Shown here: piece after piece, positions 13,311 through 25,367 of the stretch
Layout: every line of letters starts with the position of its first letter
How positions within the stretch are numbered: the first letter of the stretch is position 1
Source: Pristiophorus japonicus
Taxonomy: Eukaryota
Direction: 5' to 3'
Length of the DNA: 64,000 bases
Assembly: GCF_044704955.1 (NCBI RefSeq)
Contig: NC_091980.1
Span: 274,474,001 to 274,538,000 of the forward strand
The notes under the pieces: generated by a model
What the model saw: only the letters and a program-made list of their open reading frames with translations
Database searches by the model: none
What the model was told of the DNA's origin: nothing
Made by a program: the position numbers and the translations under genes

Positions 13311-14715
13311 ATAGAATAGAATCATAGAATGGTTGCAGCACAGAAGGCCATTCGGTCTGTCGAGCCCGTGCCGGCTCTCTGCAAGAGCGCTTCAGCTAGT
13401 TCCACTCCCCTGCCCTTGCTCCGTAGCCCTGCAAATGTTTTTCCTTCAGGTATATATCCAGTTCCTTTTTGAAAGCCAGGATTGAATCTGCCTTCAGCAC
13501 CTTTTCAGGCAGTGTATTCCAGATCCTAACTACTCGCTGCGTAAAAATATTTTTCCTAATGTCGCCTTTGGTTCTTCTGCCTATAACCTTAAATCTGTGT
13601 CCTCTGGTTCTCGACCCTTCTGCCAATGGGAACAGTTTCTCTCTTTCTACTCTGTCTAGACCCTTCATGTACCCCCTTTAATATTGTACCTATTTGTTTA
13701 TATTGTCTCTCCTCGTTCTTCCTACAAAAATGTATTACTTCGCACTTTTCTAAGTTAGATTTCATCTGCTACGTGTCCGCCCTATCAAATCTCCTCTCAA
13801 CCTTCTCGGCTCCAAGGAGAACACCCACAGCTTCTCTGGTCTATCCACATAACTGCCTGGAACCATTCTCATAAATCTTTTCTGCACCCTCTCTAAAGCC
13901 TTCACATCCTTCCTAAAGTGCGGTGTCCAGAATTAGACACATTACTCCAATTGAGGCCGAACCAGTGTTATATAAAAGATACATCATAACTTCCTTCCTT
14001 TTGGACTCTATGCCTCTATTTATGAAGCCCAGGTACTGCATGCTATTTTAGCCGCTTTCTCAATCTGTCCTGCCACCTTCAACAATTTGTGCACATATAC
14101 CCTCCGGTCTCTCTGTTCATGAACCCCCTTTAACATTGTACCCATTGGTTTATATTGTCTCTCCTCGTTCTTCCACAAAAATGTATCACTTTGCACTTTT
14201 CTACATTAGATTTTATCTGCCATGTGTCTGCCCATTCCACCAGCCTGTCTATGTCTTCTTGAAGTCTATCACTATCCTCTTCACTGTTCACTATACTTCT
14301 AAGTTTTGTGTCATCTGCAAATTTTGAAATTGTGCCCTGTACACCCAAGTCCAAGTCATTAATATACATCAAGAAAAGCAGTGGTTCTGGTACCGACCCC
14401 TGGGGAACACCACTGTATACCTTCCTCCAATCCGAAAAACAACTGTTCACCACTACGCTCTGTTTCCTGTCACTTAGCTCATTTCGTATCCATGCTTGCC
14501 ACTGTCCCTTTTATTCCATGGGCTTCAACTTTGCTGGAAAGCCTATTATGTGGCACTTTATCAAACACCTTTTGGAAGTCTGTGTACACCACGTCAACCA
14601 CATTGCCCTCATCAACCCTCTCTGTTACCTCATCAAAAAACTCGATCAAGTTAAACACGATTTGCCTTTAACAAATCCGTGCTGGCTTTCCTTAATTAAT
14701 CCACACTTGCCCAAG
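13311..14715 (-). mobile_element. CR1 LINE 3' part (older subfamily)
   Basis: GVPQGSV, KFADDTKL, RTRGHRFK, FTQRVVRIWN; (ttcta)-type tail at the left. Confidence 0.85.
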
Positions 14716-14739
14716 CTTTTGTTACCTCCAGACTTAACT

Positions 14740-15115
14740 GTTACAATGCTCTCCTGACCAGCCTCCCATCTTCCATCCTCTGTAAACCTGAGCTTGTCCA
14801 AAATTCTGCTGCCCGCATTCTAACATGCACCAAGTCATGCTCATCCAGCACCACTGTGTTCGCCAACTTACATTGGTGCCTGGTACCGACCCCTGGGGAA
14901 CACCACTGTATATCTTCCTCCAATCTGAAAAACGCCTCGAATTTAAAATTTTCATCTTTGTTTTCAAATCCCTCCAATTCCTCACATTCCATCTCTGTAA
15001 CCTCCTCCAACCCTACAACCCTCCAAGAACTCCGTGTTTCTCCAATTCTAGCCTTTTATGTAGCGCCAATTTCCTTCACCCCACCACTGGCAGCTGTGCC
15101 TTCAGCTACCTAGCT
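14740..15115 (+). mobile_element. L2 3' fragment
   Basis: Similar to 1545-1880 (aaaattctgctgcc, tacattgg, aaaatt..catc..tgttttcaaatcc). Confidence 0.7.
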
Positions 15116-15149
15116 ATAAATTAAGTCATTATAAATAATATTTTGCTTA

Positions 15150-15308
<159 letters not shown>

Positions 15309-18190
15309 TCAAATAAACAAACGCCACTGGAAAATTGAGCAAGATATTAACACACAAACAGAACATATAGGATTTAAATAGAAATGTCACTGAGAAAGTG
15401 ACATCAGATTTGGAGATCAGTGCATAAAAAATAATAAGTATCTATTTCTGAATTCAGCAGCTGTATTTGAATGTATTTTATTCCTAAGAGATCTTTCACG
15501 CTGTAGTGGGACTTTTTGGCTATTCCTGTTATGAACCTATTGTAAGGCCTTATGAGGAAGGAAAATGTCAAGTAGAATTCGTCTGCCTGGTGGGAAAAAC
15601 ATATTTGGACTCCAACATTCGCTGACCTCCAACATTCATGAAGATATGGGAAGCAAGACAGGGGATGGTTGAAGGGGGCACACAGCTGCATGTTTGTTCT
15701 TACTGATATCTGCTTGTTTTTCTGCTGATAAAGGGGAACTGAATGTTTAAACATTGACCTCAGGGTCTCATGTACCTTGTTGCGGAATGTGTCTATTCTT
15801 CTGTTGTAACCTTGATGACACATGCAGTTGTAGTTTGCGAGCTGAAATATGGGGCACTTTGGGCCAGTCGGGGAGTTCTGGGGTTATGGGTTGCAGAACC
15901 TGAGCACAGATCTCCGAAGTGGCCACATCTTCAAATACGTATATTAAACTTATGTGTTTTCCCACTTAAAGCAGACGGGTGTCTCGAGTCTTGTTCTTTG
16001 ACATAGATTTGTACCCCAACAACGCTTAGTGATGAATAGTTTAACAGTTTGGCGTGGTGCACACAGGACTTTCAATTCTGACAGATTAGTGAATATGTGC
16101 AGCTGCTAAATTTCATTTGTCTGCTATCGCTTCCATCTTCCTATAAGATACTAAATCACCAAATTTTCTTTACGGATGGGCTGTCGATAGGCAGGAAGGA
16201 GATTGATGAGATTAGGCCCTAGCAGACTTACAGGGTGCAAAATTTGGTGAAGGAGAACTGTGATTGATGCTCGTAAGGTAGGGTAACTTCTCAAGTCTCT
16301 ATAACTTAACATTTCATTGTACCACTTCACACTTTCATTTAATTCTATCTGCCATCTTTTGCCTCTTTCATCATCTTATCAATTTCCACTTGCAGCTTTC
16401 TTTAGTCCTCAGAATTATTTACAATGCCTCCTATTTTAGTAGACTGCTAATTTGGATACTACTGCCTCGAGCCCTATATCCGAAGTATCATGTGTGGCAC
16501 TTGTCCATGTACACCACATCCACTGCATCTCCTTTCTGAATTCCATATTGGCTCCTTCTAACTATTTTTTATTCTTCTATAATTCAGAGAAATAACAAAC
16601 TTTAGCTGCTCCTTTTTTGTCTTTTCCTTTCTCCCTTGTGGTCTTCCATTCCATATCCTCCCAGGCCATCTCTTGATCTTAGTCTCATAAACAAGTAACC
16701 AAGACACAAAATCCAACACAATGTGAGAGTGACTCCTTTTCCCAATTTCACACCTCTACTAATGAGTATGTAATGCTCCGCTTTCACAAAAAATTAGTCA
16801 TTGTCTCATTTAACTGCATTCCTTAGGCTTTAAGAGTATGAGTTTTACATCAGTCAGTGTACCAAGTCCCATTGTATAACATTCAGCAATTTGAGGGGGA
16901 AATTAGAATTCTATTTTTAACAACTCACCTGCATTGAATTACTGTGAATTCTATATTATATACATAATACTGGTTGTGCTTTCCAAAAATATTGTAGAAA
17001 TTTGGTCTGGATGTTCTTGCATTCTATTAAAACCTTTTTCATTTTAATCATGATAAAGAAATAATAAATTATAGCACTTTACGTTGATTGTTGTAATAAA
17101 CTAAAAACAAATCACACATCAACTGTGGCATTTGGACAACAACAACAACTTGTATTTATATTGTCATGTATCCTACATGGCTGCTGTTGGTACTATCTCA
17201 ATGTGTGCCACCAAGGGCACAGCAGTGGGAGACTTTAGGTTACCTGAACAAGTGTGCTTGGCCTAGTATAAAAGGCAGGCCACCAGGTGTGATCCTCACT
17301 CTGGAGTTAACTAATAAAGGACTAAGGTCACTACAGTTCAAGTACAACACATTGCCTCGTGGAGTCATTATTAGAACATCTAAGGACACAATAATTGGCG
17401 GCGAGATTACAAACTTTCATGTGAAAATGGCTATCCTTGGTACGTTGCAGCAGTTCGCCGATGGTGATGATTGGGACGCTTTTGTGGAGAGGCTCGAACA
17501 TTTCTTCACAGCAAACGACCTGGCAGGCGACAATCCGGCCACACTGGCTGATAAGCGTCGAGCTATCCTGCTAACCAGTTGTGGGCTCACCGTCTATGGC
17601 CTCGTCAGGGCCTTGCTGGCACCAGCAAAGACAACGACCAAGACGTACAAGGAGCTCGTAACCCTGATCCATGAGCAACTCAAGCCCAAGGAGAGCATCC
17701 TCAAAGCCAGAAACCGGTTCTATACCCACTGATGGCCCGAAGGCCAGGAAATCGCGAAGTACGCCGCAGACCTCAGGAGGCTGGTGGCACCGTGCGAGTT
17801 TGGCACCCACCTCAATCAAGCGCTGCGGGACATTTTTGTCATTGGAATCGGCCATGAGGGCCTTCTTCATAAGTTACTGTTGGCGGATACCACAGTCACA
17901 CTGCAGAAAAGGCCATCTCTGTGAGCCAGTCATTCATGACCTCGACCTGCAGTTCGAGGCAGATAACTCACCCTCAGGACTCAAACCCGGCAGGTACTGT
18001 GCACAGAATGGCGCTTTTTAGAGGCTGGACTGTAGAGCGCGAACCCTCTCAGGGAAGAGAGAACAGACCCCCTAGTCCCTTAACTCAGAGTTCTCCGACG
18101 GGGGGGCTAATCGAGAAGCACCATGCTGGCGTTGCAGAGGGAATCACAGGGCTCACCTGTGCCGCTTTAAAGACTATGTATGCAAAGGCT

Positions 18191-18495
18191 CCACTGGTAC
18201 GCTCGCGGCCTTCCACGAGAGGTGGGCACCGGAGGGACTGGAGTGCATTATTACCCCCAGCAACCAAATTTTAATTTGATTTTATATGTTTTAAAAGTTT
18301 AATTTGTTTTAATTGCCGGTTTTAGTGTCCCCCTCCCCTTTTACAGGGGTCACTTGTAAATTATGGTTTTACTGCCTAAACAAAAAGAAAACACAAAAAT
18401 CACCAAAAAAAACAAAAAAAGGGCACGTGAAAATTGTTTGGAGTGTCCCCCCGGGGACACTCGATTTAATGAATTATGGTTTTCTCCAAAAGAGT
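18191..18495 (+). mobile_element. Tx1-clade non-LTR element, 3' end, inserted in the gag zinc knuckle
   Basis: STGTLAAFHERWAPEGLECIITPSNQILI* resembles the Tx1 ORF2 C-terminus; 14-bp TSD tgtatgcaaaggct (18177-18190, 18496-18509). Confidence 0.75.
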
Positions 18496-20858
18496 TGTAT
18501 GCAAAGGCTGCAGCATAAAGGGCCACCTCCAGCGAATGTGTAAGAAAAATATGACTCACTGTGTCGATGAAGAGTCTGCACATGGCCAGGAATCCAGCGC
18601 GCATTATGAACCGAAAGGCAGAGAGGCAGCCCAGCCCCACGGGGAGGTACATAGCATGTTAACCTGCACCACCGAGTGTTCCCCACTGAAGATGGAAGTC
18701 GAGATAGAGGGCGTTCCAGTTTTCATGGAAGTGGACATGGGGCGAGCTAGTCAGTGATGAATCAAGAAGCCTTTGAGAGGCTAGGGGATAATCAAGCTGA
18801 ACGACCCAAGTTGGTCCCGGTTCAGGCAAAGCTGTGCACCTACACTGATGAAATTATCCCAGTCGTTGGTAGTGCGAATGTAAAGGTACTCCATGATGGC
18901 GCGGTGCACAATTACCTCTGTGGATTGTTGCAGGTGATGGACCAACACCTGCTCGGCAGAAGGTGGGTGGAGAAGATCCATTGGAAATGGGAAGACTCAC
19001 CTCTCTAGTGATCGACGTCCTCTGCGCTCAGAGGCAAAGCAAGCCCTTACCTGAGGGTGGACGCAGCACCAGAGAGCAGACCAGCGCGGCACCCGAGACA
19101 CAGACCGCTCAGCACGAATGCGTGGAGATGATCCAGCTGAGACGACTCGAAAGAACCTTCCAGGCTCCAGTGGCAAGACTCCGGAGGAAGAAAATCGGAT
19201 CCAGAGGCGACTTCCCAGCTTCGGAGGCAGAACCCGGGAAGAAAAGGATCACCGCAGTTGACATCGTGGATGGTGAAAAGATGGCGCCCAAACCACGAGG
19301 TAAGGCGCTGTAGACAAAGATGGCCGCGGCCAGACCACAAGGTGCAGCGCTGATGGAGCATCAAGTGGCACGAAACGGGTTGGGGTAAAGCAACCTCCCT
19401 ATCCTTTCTTTATACCCTGGGTCGCTGCTGCTTCCTGAGGAGCTGTCTAGCAGTGCACAGGCAACTGCTGACTCGCTGGCCTGGGTGTTGTTTGGTTTAG
19501 GATCCTGGCTGGTCCCGGTTCCCTTTGGGAAAGCAAGGCTCTCTTAAAGGAGGCCTGCAACCCACCACAATTAAAGAGACATTTCCACACACTTAAGCAA
19601 TGTAACAGTAATTGTACGTCAGAGACAAAAGGTGTAATTGATCATGTAAAATGTACAACTGATAATCTGAACTGTGTACATGCAACCAGCGAGAAAAAGT
19701 CGCATGATCGCAATTGGACCCACAGTGTGTCCATCATAAGTAATGAAAAGTTGTGCGATGCAGGGTTTTAACTGCACGCAGCCAATGCAGCGGGCAGACA
19801 CTCATCGGGAGCACACAGGTCCAGCGAGCTACCCAATGCTGTAACCTGCGTCCCGGGGACCTGAGTTATGCACCATGGAGTGTGGCCACAAGCAGCCAAC
19901 ACACATGAGCTGCAGAGCAAGCGACCTCAGCAGGGTAACGGCACCGGTATCAATACCATGCCCCTGATCGGCTCCACCTCTCAGGCACCTGATGGCACCA
20001 ACTGCCACGAGCCTGAAGGGGCAGGCTGTACCAAGGTGCAGTCCCCAGACCCCATTGCCACCAAGGCCATACCCGTAAACTAAGGGTTACCCGCCACAGT
20101 TCCCCCAAAGGGAACCGGGACCAGCCAGGATCCTAAACCAAACAACACCCAGGCCAGCGAGTCAGCAGTTGCCTGTGCACTGCTAGACAGCTCCTCAGGA
20201 AGCAGCAGTGACCCAGGGTACAAAGAAAGGACAGGGAGGTCACAGGCATCTGTGAACCGGCCCAACGCTAGGGACCACGGCAACAGCCCCGAGAGCAGGC
20301 AACTCGAGCCAACCGGGTTCCCACTGCCAGCACCAGGCACTGAACTGCCACCAGACTGCAGGGACACAACCCAACAGCTCTGGAACTAGTTGGTCCTCAC
20401 GCACCAGTCACTGCATCGATAAGGCATCCCGCCAGTCTAACGTACTTGTTTCACAACGGAACCACAAATGTAATGCAAACCTATTTTCCTGAACTTGAAT
20501 GTACATGAAAGCTAGGAGCCTCCGCCATAATCGATGGGGACACACACAAAAAGAAACCACCAGCACTCTACTGCACCAACCACTCACCCAAGATTGAAAC
20601 GACCTGCCAAAGGTCAATCAGACAAAGTCCACATAGAGCTAAGCCCAGAGCAGTCAATGCAGAGGTGATTTGCACTAAAGGCTTAGGGGAGACTGATGTC
20701 ATGTATCCTACATGGCTACTGTTGGTACTATCACAAGGTGTGCCACTAGAGGGCACAGCAGTGGGAGACTTATAGGTTACCTGTACAGGTGTGCCTGGCC
20801 TAGTATAAAAGGCAGGCCACCAGGTGTGATCGTCACTCTGGAGTTAACTAATAAAGGA

Positions 20859-20997
20859 AAAATTTGATTTTAGCGCCCCAAAAAAAAAAAAAAAAACCCC
20901 AAAAAAAAAGGGGGGCCTTGAAAATGTCTGCTGTGTCACCCAGGTCGGGTGGCATGGTTTTAATGTTTTATGTTTTTGCAGGTTAACTCAAAAGAGA
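20859..20997 (+). mobile_element. Second Tx1-like 3' UTR fragment, inserted in the 3' LTR
   Basis: 15-bp TSD ttaactaataaagga (20844-58, 20998-21012); shares the A-run, ggg..tgaaaat and terminal caaaagag with the 18191 insert. Confidence 0.65.
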
Positions 20998-21084
20998 TTA
21001 ACTAATAAAGGACTAAGGTCACTACAATTCAAGTACAACACAGTGCCTCGTGGAGTCATTACTGGAGCATCTAAGGAAACAACA

Positions 21085-22770
21085 TATATCGTGCCTTATA
21101 TGTAGTTAAACATCCCAAGGCACTTCACAGGAGTATTGCAAAACAATATTTGACACCGAGCCACATAGAGATAGTGGGATAGGTACGGTACACACTTTAT
21201 GGAGCATCTTAAAGGAGGGAAGAGAGGTAGAGATTTAGGGAGGGAATTCCAAAGCTTAGGGTCTTGGCAGCTGAAGGCATGGTCACCAATGATGGTGCGA
21301 TTAAAACCGGGGATGCTCAAGGGGCCAGAATTAGAGGAGCACAGATATCTTGGAGGGTTGTAGGGCTTGAGAAGATTACAGAGATAGGGAGGGGCAAGGG
21401 CATGGAGTGATTTCAAAACAAGGATAAGAATTTTTAAATCGTGGCATTCCTTAACTGGGAGCCAGTGTAGGTCAGCAAGCACAGGGGTGATGGATGAACG
21501 GACTTGGTGCGAGTTAGGACACAGGCAGCCGAGTTTTGGATGATCTCGAGTTTATGGTGGGTAGAATGTGGGAAGCCGGCCAGGAGTGCGTTGGAATAGT
21601 CAAGTGTAGAGGTAACAAAGGCATGGATAAGGGTTTCAGCACCAGATGAGCTGAGGCACAGGTGGAGTCGGGCGATGTTACAGGGAAATAGGCGGTCTTA
21701 GTGATGGCACAGATATGTGGTCGGAAGCTCAGCTCGGGGTCAAATGACACCAAGGTTGCAAAATGTCTGGTTCAGCCTCAGACAGTTGCTAGGGAGAGGG
21801 ATGGAGTCGGTGGCTCTGGAACAGAGTTTGTGGCGGGGACCAAAGACAATGGCTTCAGTCTTCCCAATATTTAATTGGAGGTGATTTCTGCTCATCCAGT
21901 ACTGGATGTCTGACAGTTCAGAGACCATGGAAGGATCAAGAAAAGTAGTGATGAGGTAGAGCTGGGTGTTGTCAGCATACATGTGGAAACTGACACTATT
22001 TTTGCATGTAGATGAAAAATAGGAGGGGCAGGAACACCAAAGGTAACGATGCGGGAGCGGGAAGAGAAGCCATTGCAGGTGATTCTCTGGCTATGATTTA
22101 ATAAGAACGGAAACAGGCGAGTGCAGTCCAATCAAGCTGGATGGTGGTGGAGAGGCATTGGAAGAAGTATGATCAATTGTGTCAAAGTCTGTAGAATAGT
22201 TGAGAAAGGTTGTTTAACCTTTATCACAGTCACAGAGGATATAATTTGTGACTTTGATAAGAGGCGTTTTGGTACTGTGTAAGGGGCGGAAACCTGTTTG
22301 GAGCGATTCAAACATGGGGTTTTGGAAAAGATGGGCATGAATTCAAGAGGCGATAACATGTTCAAGGACTTGAAGAGTGTTTGGGGCAGTAGTTTGGAAG
22401 GACAGTGGGGTCAAGGAATCTTTTTTTGACAGGGATAATGACAGCATATTTGGAGAGGGGGACAGTACTTGAGGAGAGAAACCCGATAGCTGATACTGTT
22501 AACATGGGAGTCAGGAAGGGAAGTTGGGTGGTCAGCAGTTTACTGGAAATAGGGTCAAGGGAGCAGGAAGTGGGTTTCAATAAGAGAGGGCAGATAGGAG
22601 AGAAACTGGAGAAAGATGTGAATTCAGGGCTAGGGCAGAGGGGAACCTTCGAGGAAGTTTGGCCCAGTGGGCTTGGAGGAGGGAGGGAAGCGGCAGAGGC
22701 AGCTGATCGAATAGTCTCAATCTTAGTGACAAAGAAGTCCATGAACTCCTCACACTTGAGAAGAACTACT
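21085..22770 (-). mobile_element. L2 LINE; its (gtt)n tail lies at 17137-17161, split off by the LTR element
   Basis: MDFFVTKIETIRSA, YADNTQLY, LHWLPV; tail sequence resumes on the other side of the TATAT TSD. Confidence 0.85.
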
Positions 22771-23070
22771 GTGTAAACTCCAGAACTGCTGTTTTGCCTC
22801 AGTCCCTGTTCATTTTAAAGTTTCTGGACGGGTATTACCCCAGAAGAGGAACATGCAGACAGGTTAGATCCAGTGTGTCTCTGCGGCCTCCCCTTCCCCA
22901 GTTAGTCTTTAAACTCCAGTCCCTCGCATTCCCCCGTGCGTTAAACCGGGGCCGGCGGCGCGGTGAGCCTCGGGCCCGAAGCACAACCCGTTGGTTTTGA
23001 ATGAAGAGAATGTGACTCCTCACAATAAACATACCGGGTTAAATGTAAGCGCCGAGGCCGTTTGTCTCAC

Positions 23071-23185
23071 CGGGCCATGGGCGCCGCCGCCAAGGGCCTG
23101 TGTGTCTCTCCCACTGTGTGTGTGTGTGTGAGACTCTTCACATCGCGAGCCCGCCAGCCGCCGCCATCTTCCACCGCGCCGCCGG
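23071..23185 (-). other. CPSF2: CPSF2 putative first (5' UTR) exon; start site uncertain
   Basis: Donor CCG|GTGAGA within the CpG island, facing CPSF2. Confidence 0.65.
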
Positions 23186-23389
23186 GTCAGGGGTGAACGG
23201 ACCCGACCATTCCCCACGCTCATGAGACTCGCGCTATTTTGAATCGCTTTCTTCCGAGGGATTCTAGTTTAGAAGTGTACTTGATAATAATGAACTTGAT
23301 GGTGAAGGCGGCGGTGTGCGGGTTGTCCCAGGGTGAGGGGTTGTGGCTGCTTCACCCCCGTGTGTTATGGTGAGGTGGGTGAGCCCGTT

Positions 23390-23452
23390 GCCCTTCGCTC
23401 CGGTGGCTGAGGAGGAGGCGGCGGCGCGGGCGGAGTGGGAGACCTGCGCCAG
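23390..23452 (+). other. NDUFB1: NDUFB1 putative first (5' UTR) exon; start site uncertain
   Basis: Strong donor CAG|GTGAGT at 23453. Confidence 0.7.
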
Positions 23453-23754
23453 GTGAGTGTGTGAGTGGAGTGAGTGAGACCTGGGCTCCAGGCAGGGCCG
23501 GCCAGCCGGCGGTGCCCTTGTCCCTGTCCTCCCGTATTGCCGAGAGCCGGTGAACCCGTTTGTCCTTGTTGCTTGTCTCCTGCGGCCTAACCAATGCAGC
23601 CTCGAAAGGTCGTGTGAGGGCCATTGCTTCCAGTGCACGCTGGGGTCCTTGGATTTGGGTAAAGAGGACACCAACAGTTATGAAAATGTGCACAGACGAC
23701 ACAAAAAATGAGTATGGTTAGCTGTGAGGAAGAATGCTAGTGACTTCAGGACGA

Positions 23755-24800
23755 TAGACTTGCATTTATATAGCGCCTTTCACGACCACCGAACGTCCAA
23801 ACCACTTTACAGCCAGTGAAGTGCTTTTTTTTTAAAGTGCAGTCACAATTGTAATCATCATCATCATAGATAGTCCCTCGGAATCGAGGAAGACTTGCTT
23901 CCACTCCCAACGTGAGTTCCCTGGTGGCCGAACAGTCCAAAACGAGAGCCACAGACTCTGTCACAGTTGGGACAGACATTCGTCGAGAAAGGGGTGGGTG
24001 GGTCTGGTTTGCCGCGCGCTCCTTCCGCTGTCTGCGCCTGACCTCTTCACGCTCTTTGCGTTGAGACTCGAAGAACTCAACGCCCTCAGGGATGCACTTT
24101 CTCCACCTCAGCCGGTCTTCGGCCAGGGTCTCCCAGGTGTCAGTGGTGATGTCGCACTTTACCAGGGAGGCTTTGAGAGTGTCTTTGTAACGCTTCCGCT
24201 GCCCACCTTTGACTCATTTACCATGAAGGAGCTCCACATAAAGCATTTGCTTAGGGAGTCTCGTATCTGGCATGCGAACTATGTGGCCTGCCCAGTGAAA
24301 CTGATCGAGTGTGGTCAGTGCTTCAATACTGGGGATGTTAGCCTGGACGAGGACACTGATGTTGGTGCGCCTGTCCTCCCAGGGCATTTGCAGGATCTTG
24401 CGGAGGCGTCGTTGGTGATATATCTCCAGCGACTTGAGGTGTAATGTAGAAAACGCGGCAGCCAATTTGCGCACAGCAAGCTTCCACAGACAGAAATGTG
24501 ATAATGACCCGATAATCTGTTTTTAGCGATGTTGATTGAGGGATAAATATTGGCCATGACACTGGGGGAAACCGCCCTGCTCTTCTTTGAAATAATGCCA
24601 TAGGTTCTTTTATGTCCACCTAAGAGAGCAGACATGACTCAGTTTAACGTCTCATCCAAAAGACAGCACCTCTGACAGTGCAGCACTCCCTCAGTACCGC
24701 ACTGGGACTGTCCGCCTAGATTTTTGTGCTCAAATCTCGAGTGGAACTTGAACCCACGAGGTACTAACTCAGAGATGAGAGTGCTACCAACTCAGCCATG
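23755..24800 (-). mobile_element. Deu-domain SINE split by an RTE insertion
   Basis: Tail 23755-23853; body and head 24440-24800; tgtaat duplicated around the insert. Confidence 0.8.
23855..24439 (-). mobile_element. RTE-clade LINE 3' end
   Basis: LEIYHQRRLRKILQMPWEDRRTN, WAGHIVRMPDTRLPKQ; terminal CPNCDR..H..TH finger; (atg)n tail. Confidence 0.88.
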
Positions 24801-25367
24801 GTAATGTCAAGATTAGGCAGAAACATGTTGGATGAACTTTAATGTGGAGAAATATGAACTGGTACATTTTGGGAGCAACAGTAAAAAAGAAATATACAAC
24901 AAATGGTTACATTTTGAAAGTCGAGGACCAGAAAGAGAGAGGGAGGGTCACGTACATCAATCTTTAAAAACGAGTGGTCAAAATTGATACTGCTGTTTTT
25001 AAGGGAAAAAGCATAAGGGATTCAATGTTGTATAAATAGATATAACTGTTTACATCCCTCCAGTGTGAAAAATATCCATCAACCATTGTTTTCTGTTTAT
25101 ATGTGGAAATAGAGGTTGTGCCCTCCACGCAAACAAATTAACCCAATCAACATTTACCTGTCCGAATCCCATACTCCTTCATCCCCTTTTCCTTGATTCA
25201 CCTATCCAATCTAATCTAATCTTGAATGATGAATAGTTTCTGTCTCAACCACTAACTCTGGAAGTAAATTCAACAGCTTCCTAACTCTTTGTAAAGAGTT
25301 TTTGCCCTCATCTTGTCCTGACCAATATTTATCCCAACATTACTAAAAACACATTATCTGGCCATTA

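Larger units (their letters stand above)
17162..21084 (+). mobile_element. Gypsy-type LTR retroelement, Gag-protease only
   Basis: LTRs 17162-17393 and 20697-21084; TSD TATAT; primer-binding-site-like tggcggcgag; polypurine tract taggggagactga; gag from ATG 17427 (DDWDAFVERLEHFFTAND); Zn knuckle CKGCSIKGHLQRMC; protease MEVDMG; no RT or integrase seen. Confidence 0.9.
22930..23600. promoter_or_regulatory. CpG island, bidirectional promoter for CPSF2 and NDUFB1
   Basis: Dense CpG; YY1 motif gccgccatctt at 23160-70; GC box gggcgg; divergent splice donors at 23070 (-) and 23453 (+). Confidence 0.85.

Noticed and set aside
15404-16006. 139-aa ORF and unassigned sequence upstream of the CPSF2 first coding exon
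   Set aside because: No recognisable domain or splice frame; may be an old repeat or UTR exon but cannot be supported
17166-17426. ORF extension upstream of gag
   Set aside because: Runs through the LTR; the recognisable gag starts at ATG 17427
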